From Mustelus asterias (taxonomy: Eukaryota), in NCBI RefSeq assembly GCF_964213995.1, contig NC_135810.1, positions 57,908,001 through 57,972,000 of the forward strand: a stretch of DNA of 64,000 nucleotides, written 5' to 3'. Position numbers and translations under genes: made by a program. How positions within the stretch are numbered: position 1 is the first letter of the stretch; the number at the start of each line of letters is the position of its first letter. This document shows positions 25,592 through 37,718 of the stretch, piece by piece. Below the pieces are notes generated by a model that saw only the letters and a program-made list of their open reading frames with translations, was not told where the DNA came from and did no database searches.

Positions 25592-25986
25592 ACTAAGCCC
25601 AATCCATCACTCACACCAGCCTCCCATCCATTGACTCTGTCTACACTTCCCGCTGCCTCGGAAAAGTAGCCAGCATAATCAAGAACCCCACGCACCCCGG
25701 ACATACTCACCTTCTTCCATCAGGAAAAGTTACAAAAATCTGAAGTCATGCACCAACTGACTCAAGAACAGCTCCTTCCCAGCTATGATCAGATTTTTGG
25801 ATGGACCTACTTCGTATTAAGTTGATCTTTCTCTACACCCTAGCTATGACTGTAACACTACATTCTGCACCCTCTCCTTTCCTTCTTTATTTACGGTATG
25901 CTTTGTCTGTATAGTGCACAAGAAACAATACCTTTCATTGTATACTAATACATGTGACAATAATAAATCACATCAAATCAAATCAA
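25592..25986 (+). mobile_element. Rex1/Babar LINE 3' fragment
   Basis: Reverse complement of 5770-6170; tail tgtgacaataataaatcacatcaaatcaaatc. Confidence 0.88.
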
Positions 25987-26077
25987 AAAATCTAATCTTC
26001 AACATCAATAGGCTTGTCAATGGTACATAGTGGCCGTATGACACTCATTGGGTGGAATTTTACAAGAATGATTCTAA

Positions 26078-26188
26078 GAGCGGAATTTTACCGGCATGTC
26101 TGCTCGAGGTTCGTATGATCCTGCCCGAAGCCAACAGAGAATGCCGTTCCCCTGGAATCGGGATGGGCGTGCCAGTAAAATTGCGGCC
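26078..26188. mobile_element. Nested 111-bp MITE
   Basis: TIRs gagcggaattttaccggc / gccagtaaaattgcggcc; TSD taa on both sides. Confidence 0.8.
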
Positions 26189-26944
26189 TAAGTGTCCAGC
26201 TAACATAAAACTGGGAGAGTTTCTGATCCATTTTTTGAGTGGGTTTTCACGCCCAGTCCTGTGCACTTAGTCATTGAAAAAATAGACTAGACTGTTTCTA
26301 GCTGCTGTGGGCAGTGGGCTGGGCTTAATTCACTAACCAGCCTGCAGAGGGAGCCATTGTGCACGTGCAGACCTTTGATGCTGCACATGTGCAATTGTAA
26401 AGCAGGGGTCTGACAGTCAGAGAGAGAGAGCTGTCGGGCTCCTGCTGCTGCAGACAGCCTAAACCAGTTCCACGCTCCCTGCAATCACCGGGGCCCCTGA
26501 CCAATAAAAAGCCCCACAACACATTGGTATCTAACTCTAGCCACCCCCACCAACCACCCAGACCAATTGAGCCCCCCCTCCCCTGATCCAATCCCGTTGC
26601 AGAGTGACAGCAGGCCCACCCTCCCGCCCCCGATCCAATCCCGTTACAGAGTGGCAGTGCCCCCCTGATAGGGGTGCCACCTTCATGTCCCACCCCATTC
26701 ATACCCCACCACATCATGTCCCCTTTCCTGCCCCTTTCATGCACTGCCCCCATAGGCCCTGCCCCTATATATCCCACGCCCTTCAGGCCCTGCCCCCACA
26801 TAATCCCCACCCCTTCTGTGTCCTACCCCCTTCATTCCCCACCCCATATGCCCCTCACCCATAGGCCCTGTCCCTTCAGGCCCCATCCCACCCCTCATGG
26901 GACCCGCACCCTGGCACTGCCCAGTGGGCTTGCCCATGTGCCTG

Positions 26945-28635
26945 TTTTTTTTAATTTCAAAAATATACTTTATTCACAAAAGAAAACTCTCCAATAAAAC
27001 ATTGCAAAATTACAGATCCAAAAGTCATAAACAGTGCAAAAAAGAATCATTTTTACAGTACAATACCGTGCTTATTTACAAAACATTACATTTCGTTACA
27101 TTTCATTTCTGAAAACTATATACATGTGTCAGAGTTTACTGTGTGCTGTTATTTTTCAGGTTGGCACACAGTTACGCAGGCTGAGGGTATTCTGCAGTTA
27201 CCCGGCCCTCGGTCTGCCTCGGTTGGAAGGCTTTACACGGTGGCCTTTCCCCATTGTGCCTTTGCGGCGGCTGCCCCAAGCTTGAGCGCGTCCCTCAGCA
27301 CGTAGTCCTGGACCTTGGAATGTGCCAGTCTGCAACACTCGGTCGAGGACAAATCTTTCAGCTGGAAGATCAGCAAGTTTCAGGCGGACCAAAGCACGTC
27401 CTTCAACGAGTTGATGAGCCTCCAGCAGCGGTTGATATTTGTCTCGGTGTGCGTCCCCGGAAACAGCCCGTAGAGCACAGAGTCCTGCGTCACCGAGCTG
27501 CTCAGGACGAACCACAACAAATACCACTGCATCTCGTTCCAGACCTTCTTTGCAAAGGCACATTCCACAAGGAGGTGTGCGACCGTCTCATCAGCCCCGC
27601 AGCCACTTCGAGGGCAGCGTGCGGTGAGGTAGAGACCTCGGGCGTGCATAAAGGATCTGACGGGGAGTGCCCTTCTCACCACCAGCCAAGCCAGGTCTTG
27701 GTGCTTGTTTGTGAGTTCTGGTGATGAGGCATTCTGCCAAATGACATTGACAGTCCGCTCAGGGAACCATCCGACAGGATCTGCCGTCTCCTTTTCTCTC
27801 AGGGCCTCAAGGACATTACGTGCTGACCACTGCTTGATAGCCATGTGGTCAAAGGTGTGTTTCCGGAAGAATTTCTCCACGAAGGACAGGTGCTGCGGTA
27901 CGGTCCAACCACTTGGAGCGTTCCGCGGCAATGTGGCCAGACCCATCCTCCGCAACACTTGGGACAGGTAGAACCTCAAAAAATAGTGGCACTTGTTGTT
28001 AGTGTACCGAGGATCTACACACAGCTTGATGCAGCCGCACACAAAGGTGGCCATCAGGATGAGGGCGGCGTTGGGAACGTTTTTCCCTCCGTTCTCTGGA
28101 GATTTGTGCATCGCCTCCCTCCGGACACGATCCATCTTTGATCTCCAGATGAACTTGAAGATGGCCCGGGTCACTGCTGCTGCGCAGGACTTGGGGAGAG
28201 GCCACACCTGCGCCACGTACAACAACACGGACAGAACCTCGCATCGGATCACAAGGTTCTTCCCAGTGATGGAGAGGGAGCGTTGCTCCCACAATCCCAA
28301 TTTTTGTCTGGCTTTGGCGATGCACTCTTCCCAGTTTTTGGCGCATGCCCCTGCCGCTCCGAACCATATCCCCAGCACCTTGAGGTAGTCTAGCCTAATG
28401 GTGAAGGGGACAAAGGATGTGTCAGGCCAGTTCCCAAAGAACATGGCCTCACTCTTACCCTGGTTGACTTTGGCTCCCAAGGCCAGCTCGAACTGCTCAC
28501 AGACTCGAAGAAGCCTGCGAACAGACGAGGGGTCCGAGCAGAAAACAGCCACGTCATCCATGTAGAGGGAGGCTTTGACTTGCGTCCCTCCGCTGCCTGG
28601 GATTGTAACCCCTTTGATGCCTGGGTCGCTTCCGG
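26945..28635 (-). mobile_element. Tx1-like L1-clade LINE, 5'-truncated (RT C-terminus and zf-RVT)
   Basis: YMDD RT motif and C-x4-C..ETVAHLLVEC zinc finger; one TGA (probably CGA>TGA) at 27380-27382, frame continues to TAA at 27233; A-rich tail near 26945-26975. Confidence 0.92.
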
Positions 28636-29137
28636 GCATTGCCCTGGTGCCAGGCTGGTAGTGCCAAGGTGCTAGGGTGGCACTATCAGGCTGGCACTGC
28701 CCAAGGAGCACCCCCTTGCCCACAGGCTGTCCGGGAGTCTCAATGGTCTTTGGTTCCACCAGCAAGGCCAACACAACTGTTTCCCATTCATGGGGAGCAG
28801 GTGTTTTCCTCGCCAGAGAGAAGGCAAGGGAGCCTGGACGATTGAGTGCTGGGCTCACTAAAAACATGCAAATCAGCATTATAATATATTTCAATAAATT
28901 ATTCAGTTCCTCGCCCATTTCCGGTGAGAGGCTGTCCTTGGCAAAAATCCAGCTCTCATCAAATCACGAGAGCTGAGAATTTGGATGTGATCCTGATTTC
29001 TCGGCTCTTGCACGATTTTACCTACTTGCCCCACCCATCGATGGCAGGGCAAGCCGGTAAAATCCCACCCATGGTATCAATCCTTGTTCCTCAGATTTCT
29101 CAGGAGTTTCATCAGCCACATTTTCATTGAATCCCTA

Positions 29138-30143
29138 GGGCGGAATTTTACGAGATTGATTCTCGGTGTCCAGCCAGCGTGAAAAGAGTTCCTGATCTGT
29201 TTTTGGGTGAATTTTCACACCTAATCTTATGCACTTAGTCACTGAAAATGTGGGCGAGAGTGATTCCAGCTGCTGCAGGCAGAGGGCTGGGCTTGATTCC
29301 CCAGACAGTCAGGAGATGGAGCTACTGGTTGTAATGAACAAAGCATCGTAGCTGTGAGGGACAGCTCGGTGGATAGGATATTGGTATGTAGATAGGCTGG
29401 AAAATTGGGCGGGGATCCTGGATTCAGGATTCAATCCTGGACCGGGGAGCGGCGCGGGCTTGGAGGGCCGAAGGGCCTGTTCCTGTGCTGTATTGTTCTT
29501 TGTACTGCGCATGTGCAGACTTCTGATTCTGCACATGCGCAATTTCAGCAGCGGGGCTCTGACAGACAGAGGGAGGAAGCCTGAACCAACCCCCCACTCC
29601 CCACAATTGCCCATGGCCGATCGTGAGCCCCACAATGGATGAGCATCCAGCCTCCACTTACCCCCCCCCACCCACCCCACCGCCCAGACCGATTGGCCCC
29701 CCAACACCTGATCTGATCACAACTGCAGAGTAGCAGCGGGACCCCTCCTTCCCTGATCCAATCCCATTGCAGAGTGGCAGTGGGCCCCCCCTTCCCCTCC
29801 CCAATTCATGGGCCCCCTTCACGCCCCACTACCCTAGGCCCCACTCACAATGACCCCCAGTCCCACCGGCAAGGCCAAAATGCCTGTTCCCCATTCATGG
29901 AGAGCAGGTGTTTTCCTTACCGGAGAGAATCTCTCCTGGTGCGGCCATAAGGGCAAGTGAGCCCGGACGATTCTGCTTACGAAACACATGTAAAACAGAA
30001 TTTAAATAAATTTAAATATATTATTCAGCCTCCCCCCAATTTCTTCGCCAGAAGTCCAGCTCTCCTGGTTTCTTGGCTCTCGCGCGATTTTACCAGCTCG
30101 TTCCGCCCATCGATGGGCAGGGGTAGCCGGTAAAATCCTGGCC
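29138..30143. mobile_element. Harbinger-type MITE with an inserted CR1 3' tail (~29310-29503)
   Basis: TIRs gggcggaattttac / gtaaaatcctggcc; CR1 tail gggccgaagggcctgttcctgtgctgtattgttct. Confidence 0.78.
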
Positions 30144-30144
30144 T

Positions 30145-30303
30145 TAGAGTGCAGAAGCAGGCCATTCAGTCCATCGAGTCTGCACCGACTCTCCGAAAGA
30201 GCATCTCACCAGAGCCTATCCATGTAGCCCCATGTATTTACCCTGCTAATCCCCCAACCTACACATCCTAAAACACTAAGCGGCAATTTAGCACGGCCAA
30301 TCA
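30145..30303 (-). mobile_element. V-SINE 3' partial
   Basis: Tail half of the HE1-like family. Confidence 0.75.
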
Positions 30304-30895
30304 ACTGCAGTCTTGTTGAAGTTAAAGGACACAATATCCTACAGCTTACTCCAGATAACGTGGGTTACAACTTTCTCAAAGACGTTTAGGAGTTTGGTAA
30401 GGCAGGATCTTCCATTCTCCACACACCATCGCCTCCAACATATCCGACATTGTATTTCAGTATCCTTCCCTCCAACTAGTCGGCTCACCCCACTCCTATT
30501 CTCGGAGACCAAATTGGATCCTGGTTTCCCATTGCCTCAAATTTAACATTTATTTCCTGATACTTAAAAGCATCATGGCCTTGCATTTCCCTATCCCTGT
30601 AACCTCCTCCAGCTCTACATTTCCTGCCTGAACTCTGTTCCTCTGGCTTTAACTTCGAGTGCATCTCTCACCTGTTGGCAGCTGTGCCTTTAGGGACTCA
30701 GGCCCATATTGTCGTATTTTCTTTCTAAACCATCCCCTGCATCACCACCACCCCCCACCCCCCCCCCTCCCCCCCCCCCCCCCCCCCCGCAACCCTCACC
30801 CAGCAAACCCCATTTCCCCCCCCCCCCCCGCCCCCCGCAACCCTCACCCAGCAAACCCCATTTTTCCCTTTACCTTTCCTCCTTTCTTCCTCTAA

Positions 30896-32022
30896 GGGGG
30901 CGACTTTACCAGTTTTCTTTCTAAGGGTGGGCTGACTTGAAACTGGGAGAGTTTCAGATCCGTATTTTGGGTGTGTTTTTAGGTCCTCTCCATACACACT
31001 CTGCCTGAAAATATATCAGCAAGCCTGCTGCTCGCTGTGAGCGGGGCTTAACGCGCCTGAAACCCTGCAGAGGGAGGTAGTGCGCATGTGTAGGCCTCTG
31101 ATGCTGCACATGCGCATTAACAGCAGCAGGGATCTGACAGAAAAGAGAGAGCTGTCAGGCCCCTCTAGTGCAGGCCGCCTGAAGCAGCTCCCTCCCTGTG
31201 GTGGAGGCCCGTGGCCCGAGATACAGCCCCCGCCAACCGGGCCCCCCCCCCCCCACTGCCCAGACCGATTGCGGACCCTCCCTCTCCCGCCGACCGTGGA
31301 CCCACGGCCCTCCCCCCACTAATGACAGACCTGCCACCCTCCTCCCACCAATCACTGCAGAGTGGCAGCGGGCCCCCTCTCCCTTCCTCCCGCAACACCC
31401 CCCCCCCCCCGACCGATCACTGCAGTGTGGCAGCGGGCCCCCTCCCCATTAGCTCCTCCCTCACATTAGCCCCTCCCCCACTGGCCCCACCCCCATTGGG
31501 CCACCCCCCGTTAGCCACACCCCCTGGCACTGCCCAGTGGCCATTGGCCAGGTGCCCGGTCATCACTGCCCAGGTGCCAGACTGGCATTGCCAAGATGCC
31601 AGGGTGGCACTGCCAGTCTGGCACTGCCCAAGGGGCATCCCCCTTGCCCTCAGCCTCCCGAGGGGACTCAATGGCCTCCAGTTCCACCAGCAAGGCCAAA
31701 TCGACTGCCCCCCCGTTCTTGGGGAGCATGTCTATTCCTCGCTGGCACAAACCTTTCTCAGTGAGGTCATAAAGGGGGGCCGAGGCTGGACAATTGCGCG
31801 CCGGGCTCGCTAAGCAGATGTAAAGCAGCATTGTAATAAATTTCCATATGTTAATCTGCCACCCACCCATTTCTGCTGAGAGGCTGACCAGCCAGAAATC
31901 CAGCGCTCATAAAATGGCGCCAGTCATGAAAACCGGCGCCAACCACGCTAAGCACTTGATGCCCGACTTTATCACTGCGTCATGCCTGAAAACAGGTCCA
32001 ATGTGATGGTAAAATTGCCCCC
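30896..32022. mobile_element. Harbinger-type MITE (C-rich on + strand)
   Basis: TIRs gggggcgactttacc / ggtaaaattgccccc; homologous to 9654-10870. Confidence 0.8.
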
Positions 32023-33141
32023 AACGACTTCATTTCAAATCTACCCCTCTGACAAAGGTTTTGGTATTTCCTCTTAATATATCCTTCCTTGGTTCAATAT
32101 TTTTTATTAGATGTCTGTGAAGCACCTTAGACTTTATCTACATTAAAGCACATTATTACTCCAATTATTGTCATTGCCATCCTCATAAAGGTGGGACTGG
32201 GACTGTGATCATCAATAGCTTTAGCTATTACAATTTATTAAGCAACTTCAGAGGCTATCAAGAGGGATTAGAATCACATGTAATGGTGCCAGAGTCATGA
32301 AGCTCTGTTCCCTTCCCTGAAGAATATTAATGCACCAGTTGGGTTTTTACAACGTTTAGTCGCCTTCATGATTACTTGTACTAATCCTGTACCACAATTG
32401 CCAGGATATTGAATTCAACTTCACAACTCTACAGTGTGATATGAAGCCTCAACATCTGGCCTCCTTGTCCAGAATCGTAACTATCACGCTGCCATAGCCC
32501 TCACATCCGGAACTGTTGAAGTGGCAGCTGACTGTTATGATGCAGTGACTGTCGAATCGTTCCAGAGATGCAGATAACTTCTCATTCTTTTCCCCTGCGC
32601 CATTTGGATTTGCTTCATTTCATCACAATAAAAATGACACATTTTATCCCTCTTCCCTGAACATAAAAAATTTTGTTGGGCATTCTTTCATAAAGAGAGT
32701 GCTGCTTGCAAAATGTGTGCTATTCCCAATGGTGTGCTGACATTGCTAAATGAATATGAAATAGTTCCATACTGTCCGTTGCAGCTCCCACTGCTGTAAA
32801 AATCACTCCACTTATATAGAATCCGATCTAAATTTGCATTGCTATTCACGTTTGAGATTATCTCAGGTAGGATTCACCCATCTGTGCTCCAAGGCCAGAA
32901 TTCTCTGGCCATACACGCCCCACTGCCGCTGCCAGTGAGAATGGATAATTTGGCCCTCAGCCAAATCTCCATAAACTGCAGCGGGACTGGAGAATCCCAG
33001 CTGCAATGGCGGTGATAAATGGCGCATTGTCAGCTCCCCACCTCATTCTGTGCGCACACAGGAAAACTGGCGAATCACAGACGGGCAGTCAAGGATTTGC
33101 CCACCCTGTCATCAGCTCACTGGTACCTCACTCTGGGCGCT

Positions 33142-34300
33142 GGGCAGAATGTTCTCATTATTTGGCAGAGTGGCGAAGCGGGTGGGAAAAATGGGCAGGA
33201 AGTCTTCAGCCCCGAGGGCAACTTTCTCCGCCGCATAATCAGCCTCTTGGTGAAAAAAGGTGTAAGGAGCGGGTCCCACAACGTCACACTGAGCCCACCT
33301 CACCAACAATTTAGGTTTTTAAAGAGGATTTAAAAAAATAAAAATAGGAACAACCCCCTAATGCCTCACTCCCACGCAAACCCCCCCCCCCCACCACCAC
33401 CACCACTGTGGAGCTTTCCTCCCTCCCAATCATGGAATGCCCCCCCCATGGACACATGACCCCCCCCGCCCCCCGGCCCCCACCCCCATGCAACCCACAT
33501 GGAAATCCCTACTATGGAATTCCCTCCCCACACCCCTCCATGGAGTAGCACCACAGTCAGTGCCTAGGCAGTACCAGGGGCTGTGCTTGGCAGTGCCCAG
33601 CGATGGCCCTGTCTCCCCTTGGTGACTGCAATGCTGTAGAGCCATGACCAGAGGCTGTGTCTTCTAATGTGAGATGCCGGAATGCCTTCATCCAGGTTGG
33701 ACATCCTCGCAACAAAGACACCATATTGAGCCTTCATTATCTCTCAATGGACCAGGAAAAAAGTTGACAAAATTATTGCTTCCTTACTCTCAGGTTGAAG
33801 TGCATGGGTGCAAGGAAAGGGTGTTCTTGTGGGTCTATGAGAGAGGACACTCGCCCAAAAGGACATAGACCTCATCATCCTCCTCATGCAATCTTATAGC
33901 TATGAGATCCTCATGTCCATACTTCTCTCTTCCCCTGCAGCATCAGCCTCAGCCTCCTCAAACTCTTTGCCCTCATCCCTTTCAATGTCCTCCTCATTAG
34001 CTCCTCCATGTCTGCATCTGGATTTCCTTCCCCGCTCCCCCCCGCCCCCTCCCCCGCCCCTTTGCAGTACCAGCTTCTGCAACGTGCAGCAGGTGAAATG
34101 GCCTGAGAGATCCTGTGGAGTATATCCTGGAGTGGGCTACTAGATCTGTCGAGACATCAAAACCAGATCTTCACGATGTCAGTGCTCTGCTCTACTGGAG
34201 TTTGGGTAGCGATATGAACATCATTGTACCTTCTCTCCAGTTCACACATTCCTAAAGCTTCCCTCTCTGCAGCATATGTGAGAACAATTAGTGAGTCAGT
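33142..34300 (-). mobile_element. PIF/Harbinger transposon remnant (DDE_Tnp_4 transposase C-terminus)
   Basis: Manual minus-strand translation from 34240: LERRYNDVHIATQTPVEQSTDIVKIWF*CLDRS..TCCTLQKLVLQRG, then an acidic tail; TIR-like gggcagaatgttctc at 33142. Confidence 0.75.
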
Positions 34301-34814
34301 ATGAGCCTTCAAAGCCTCAATTTTTCTATATTTCTAGTCAATGATGGTTGGTTCAAGAGCTTGGATCCACTGACAGTGCCAACCCAATACTGAAAGCTTG
34401 GCCATTGCGAAGAACATTTGATGTATACCAGCATTGCCCACTTTGACATGATCGGTTGCTATGCGTTTGCTTTGGCTAGACATTCAGGTCATCAATCACT
34501 GCACTTCTGAGGTCGAATGTTGATCGAGGAACAGTGGTTATTGGAGATGACTCTGAGTCTTCTCAAATGTGAGCCTGCCAGCTCCAAGTCTGAGCTCCTG
34601 CTTTAAATACGCAGCTGAAGCTTTCCCCGTCGCCTGGTCTCGACCTCATTACCTCCGTGGGCCACTGTCACACTAAAAAGAAGGGGTTAAAGCAAATTGT
34701 TCTATTACTGCCATGACTGGTCATTAATCTCACATCAATGTGCTTCATTTCTTCACTCTACTGATTCCCTGCGCTATCATTAAAATGCTCCTAACGTGAC
34801 TCAAGTGTGCATTT

Positions 34815-37212
34815 ATAAGACCATAAGACATAGGAGCGGAAGTAAGGCCATTCGGCCCATCGAGTCCACTCCACCATTCAATCATGGTTGATTTCAACTC
34901 CATTTACCCGCTCTCTCCCCATAGCCCTTAATTCCTCGAGAAATCAAGAATTTATCAATTTCTGTCTTGAAGACGCTCAACGTCTCGGCCTCCACAGCCC
35001 TCTGTGGCAATGAATTCCACAGACCCACCACTCTCTGGCTGAAGAAATTTCTCCTCATCTCTGTTCTAAAGTGACTCCCTTTTATTCTAAGGCTGTGCCC
35101 CCGCGTCCTAGTCTCCCCTGTTAATGGAAACAACTTCCCTACGTCCATCCTATCTAAGCCGTTCATTATCTTGTAAGTTTCTATCAGATCTCCCCTCAAC
35201 CTCCTAAACTCCAATGAATATAATCCCACGATCCTCAGACGTTCATCGTATGTCAGGCCTACCATTCCTGGGATCATCCGTGTGAATCTCCGCTGGACCC
35301 GCTCCAGTGCCAGTATGTCCTTCCTGAGGTGTGGGGCCCAAAATTGCTCACAGTACTCCAAATGGGGCCTAACCAGTGCTTTATAAAGCCTCAGAAGTAC
35401 ATCCCTGCTTTTGTATTCCAAGCCTCTTGAGATAAATGACAACATTACATTTGCTTTCTTAATTACGGACTCAACCTGCAAGTTTACCTTTAGAGAATCC
35501 TGGACTAGGACTCCCAAGTCCCTTTGCACTTTAGCATTATGAATTTTGTCACCGTTTAGAAAATAGTCCATGCCTCTATTCTTTTTTCCAAAGTGTACGA
35601 CCTCGCACTTGCCCACGTTGAATTTCATCAGCCACTTCTTGGACCACTCTCCTAAACTGTCTAAAACTTTCTGCAGCCTCCCCACCTCCTCAATACTACC
35701 TGCCCCTCCACCTATCTTTGTATCATCGGCAAACTTGGCCAGAATGCTCCCAGTCCCGTCATCTAGATCGTTAATATATAAAGAGAACAGCTGTGGCCCC
35801 AACACTGAACCCTGCGGGACACCACTTGTCACCGGTTGCCATTCTGAGAAAGAACCTTTTATCCCAACTCTCTGCCTTCTGTCTGACAGCCAATCGTCAA
35901 TCCATGTTAGTACCTTGCCTCGAATACCATGGGCCCTTATTTTACTCAGCAGTCTCCCGTGAGGCACCTTGTCAAAGGCCTTTTGGAAGTCAAGATAGAT
36001 AACATCCATTGGCTCTCCTTGGTCTAACCTATTTGTTATCTCTTCAAAGAACTCTAACAGGTTTGTCAGGCACGACCTCCCCTTACTAAATCCATGCTGA
36101 CTTGTCTTAATCCGACCCTGCACTTCCAAGAATTTAGAAATCTCATCCTTAACGATGGATTCTAGAATTTTGCCAACAACTGAGGTTAGGCTAATTGGCC
36201 TATAATTTTCCATCTTTTTTCTTGTTCCCTTCTTGAACAGTGGGGTTACAACAGCGATTTTCCAATCCTCTGGGACTTTCCCTGACTCCAGTGACTTTTG
36301 AAAGATCATAACTAACGCCTCCACTATTTCTTCAGCTATCTCCTTTAGAACTCTAGGATGTAGCCCATCTGGGCCCGGAGATTTATCAATTTTCAGACCT
36401 TTTAGTTTCTCTAGCACTTTCTCCTTTGTGATGGCAACCATATTCAACTCTGCCCCCTGACTTTCCTGAATTGTTGGGATATTACTCATGTCTTCTACTG
36501 TGAAGACTGACGCAAAGTACTTATTAAGTTCCTCAGCTATTTCCTTGTCTCCCATCACTAGATTACCAGCGTCATTTTGGAGCGGCCCAATGTCTACTTT
36601 TGCCTCCCGTTTGTTTTTAATGTATTTAAAGAAACTTTTACTATCATTCCTAATGTTACTGGCTAGCCTACCTTCATATTTGATCCTCTCCTTCCTTATT
36701 TCTCTCTTTGTTATCCTCTGTTTGTTTTTATAGCCTTCCCAATCTTCTGACTTCCCACTACTCTTTGCCACATTATAGGCTCTCTCTTTTGCCTTGATGC
36801 ATTCCCTGACTTCCTTTGTCAGCCATGGCTGCCTAATCCCCCCTCTGATAACCTTTCTTTTGTTTGGGATGAACCTCTGCACTGTGTCCTCAATTACTCC
36901 CAGAAACTCCTGCCATTGCTGTTCTACTGTCTTTCCCATTAGGCTCTGCTTCCAGTCGATTTTTGTCAGTTCCTCCCTCATGCGCCTGTAATTACCTTTA
37001 TTTAACTGTAGAACCTTCACATCTGATTCTGCCTTCCTTCTTTCAAATTGCAGACTGAATTCTACCATATTATGATCACTGCTTCCTAAGTGTTCCCTTA
37101 CTTTAAGATCTTTTATCACGTCTGGCTCATTACATAACACTAAGTCCAGAATAGCCTGTTCCCTCGTGGGCTCCATCACAAGCTGTTCCAAAAAGCCATC
37201 CTGTAAACATTC
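34815..37212 (-). mobile_element. CR1-clade LINE (HER1-like), 5'-truncated, young
   Basis: Contains the open ORF2 part; 3' UTR stem-loop and CTTATG-type tail repeat at ~34815-34830. Confidence 0.95.
34894..37191 (-). CDS. CR1 ORF2 partial (end of APE endonuclease plus complete RT), 765 aa uninterrupted
   Basis: LDLVL..SDHN, NYRPISLTS, DFQKAFD, GVPQGSVLGP and KFADD motifs. Confidence 0.9.
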   Translation of the reverse strand: MEQLVMEPTREQAILDLVLCNEPDVIKDLKVREHLGSSDHNMVEFSLQFERRKAESDVKVLQLNKGNYRRMREELTKIDWKQSLMGKTVEQQWQEFLGVIEDTVQRFIPNKRKVIRGGIRQPWLTKEVRECIKAKERAYNVAKSSGKSEDWEGYKNKQRITKREIRKERIKYEGRLASNIRNDSKSFFKYIKNKREAKVDIGPLQNDAGNLVMGDKEIAEELNKYFASVFTVEDMSNIPTIQESQGAELNMVAITKEKVLEKLKGLKIDKSPGPDGLHPRVLKEIAEEIVEALVMIFQKSLESGKVPEDWKIAVVTPLFKKGTRKKMENYRPISLTSVVGKILESIVKDEISKFLEVQGRIKTSQHGFSKGRSCLTNLLEFFEEITNRLDQGEPMDVIYLDFQKAFDKVPHGRLLSKIRAHGIRGKVLTWIDDWLSDRRQRVGIKGSFSEWQPVTSGVPQGSVLGPQLFSLYINDLDDGTGSILAKFADDTKIGGGAGSIEEVGRLQKVLDSLGEWSKKWLMKFNVGKCEVVHFGKKNRGMDYFLNGDKIHNAKVQRDLGVLVQDSLKVNLQVESVIKKANVMLSFISRGLEYKSRDVLLRLYKALVRPHLEYCEQFWAPHLRKDILALERVQRRFTRMIPGMVGLTYDERLRIVGLYSLEFRRLRGDLIETYKIMNGLDRMDVGKLFPLTGETRTRGHSLRIKGSHFRTEMRRNFFSQRVVGLWNSLPQRAVEAETLSVFKTEIDKFLISRGIKGYGERAGKWS

Positions 37213-37622
37213 ACATTAGGTAATGCACAATTCAGTTGGGTGCCACTTTAATCGGCCCACCAGTGCACCAATTCTCCAAATGGTTCTCAAAGCTCTCACC
37301 AGCTGAACTATTTCACAGGTCAATTTTGTGCTGTGCTTTCGGTTTGCAAGTTGGTGGTTCTACACCTCATTCCCAGGCCAGCTTTGACCCTTCCTTGTGT
37401 GAATGTGGTAGTCCCCGCCATTGTCCTGGCATTATGTTCAAATTTCCATCCCTCCAAGAATTCTCAAGCCCTCCCCTCCAAAGCTTTATGCCATTTTGAT
37501 TGTGGAAGATATCCCTGTGGAACCCCCTGAATGCACTGAGGCAGACACACCTATCTCCTACTGGCAGATTAGTTCACCCCTTCTTGAACTCTATTGCATA
37601 GTGGGCTTTTGAGACCACCTTT

Positions 37623-37718
37623 GGGCAACACTATGGCCCGGTGGTTAGCACTGCTGCCTCGCCACGCCAGGGACCTGGGTTAAATTGCAGCATTTGGTGA
37701 CTGTCTGTGGGCAGTTTG
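37623..37718 (+). mobile_element. V-SINE 5' half (split by a CR1 insertion)
   Basis: Head ends at agtttg and resumes at 40992. Confidence 0.85.

Larger units (their letters stand above)
26050..29070. mobile_element. Harbinger-type MITE hosting a nested mini-MITE and a Tx1 insertion
   Basis: TIRs gggtggaattttac / gtaaaatcccaccc; paralogous to 29138-30143. Confidence 0.8.

Noticed and set aside
27380-28918. 512-aa ORF as a host gene
   Set aside because: Truncated Tx1 RT fused by chance to MITE sequence; an internal stop precedes the natural C-terminus
30745-30865. Duplicated ccgcaaccctcacccagcaaaccccattt between C runs
   Set aside because: Low-complexity slippage or homopolymer assembly noise
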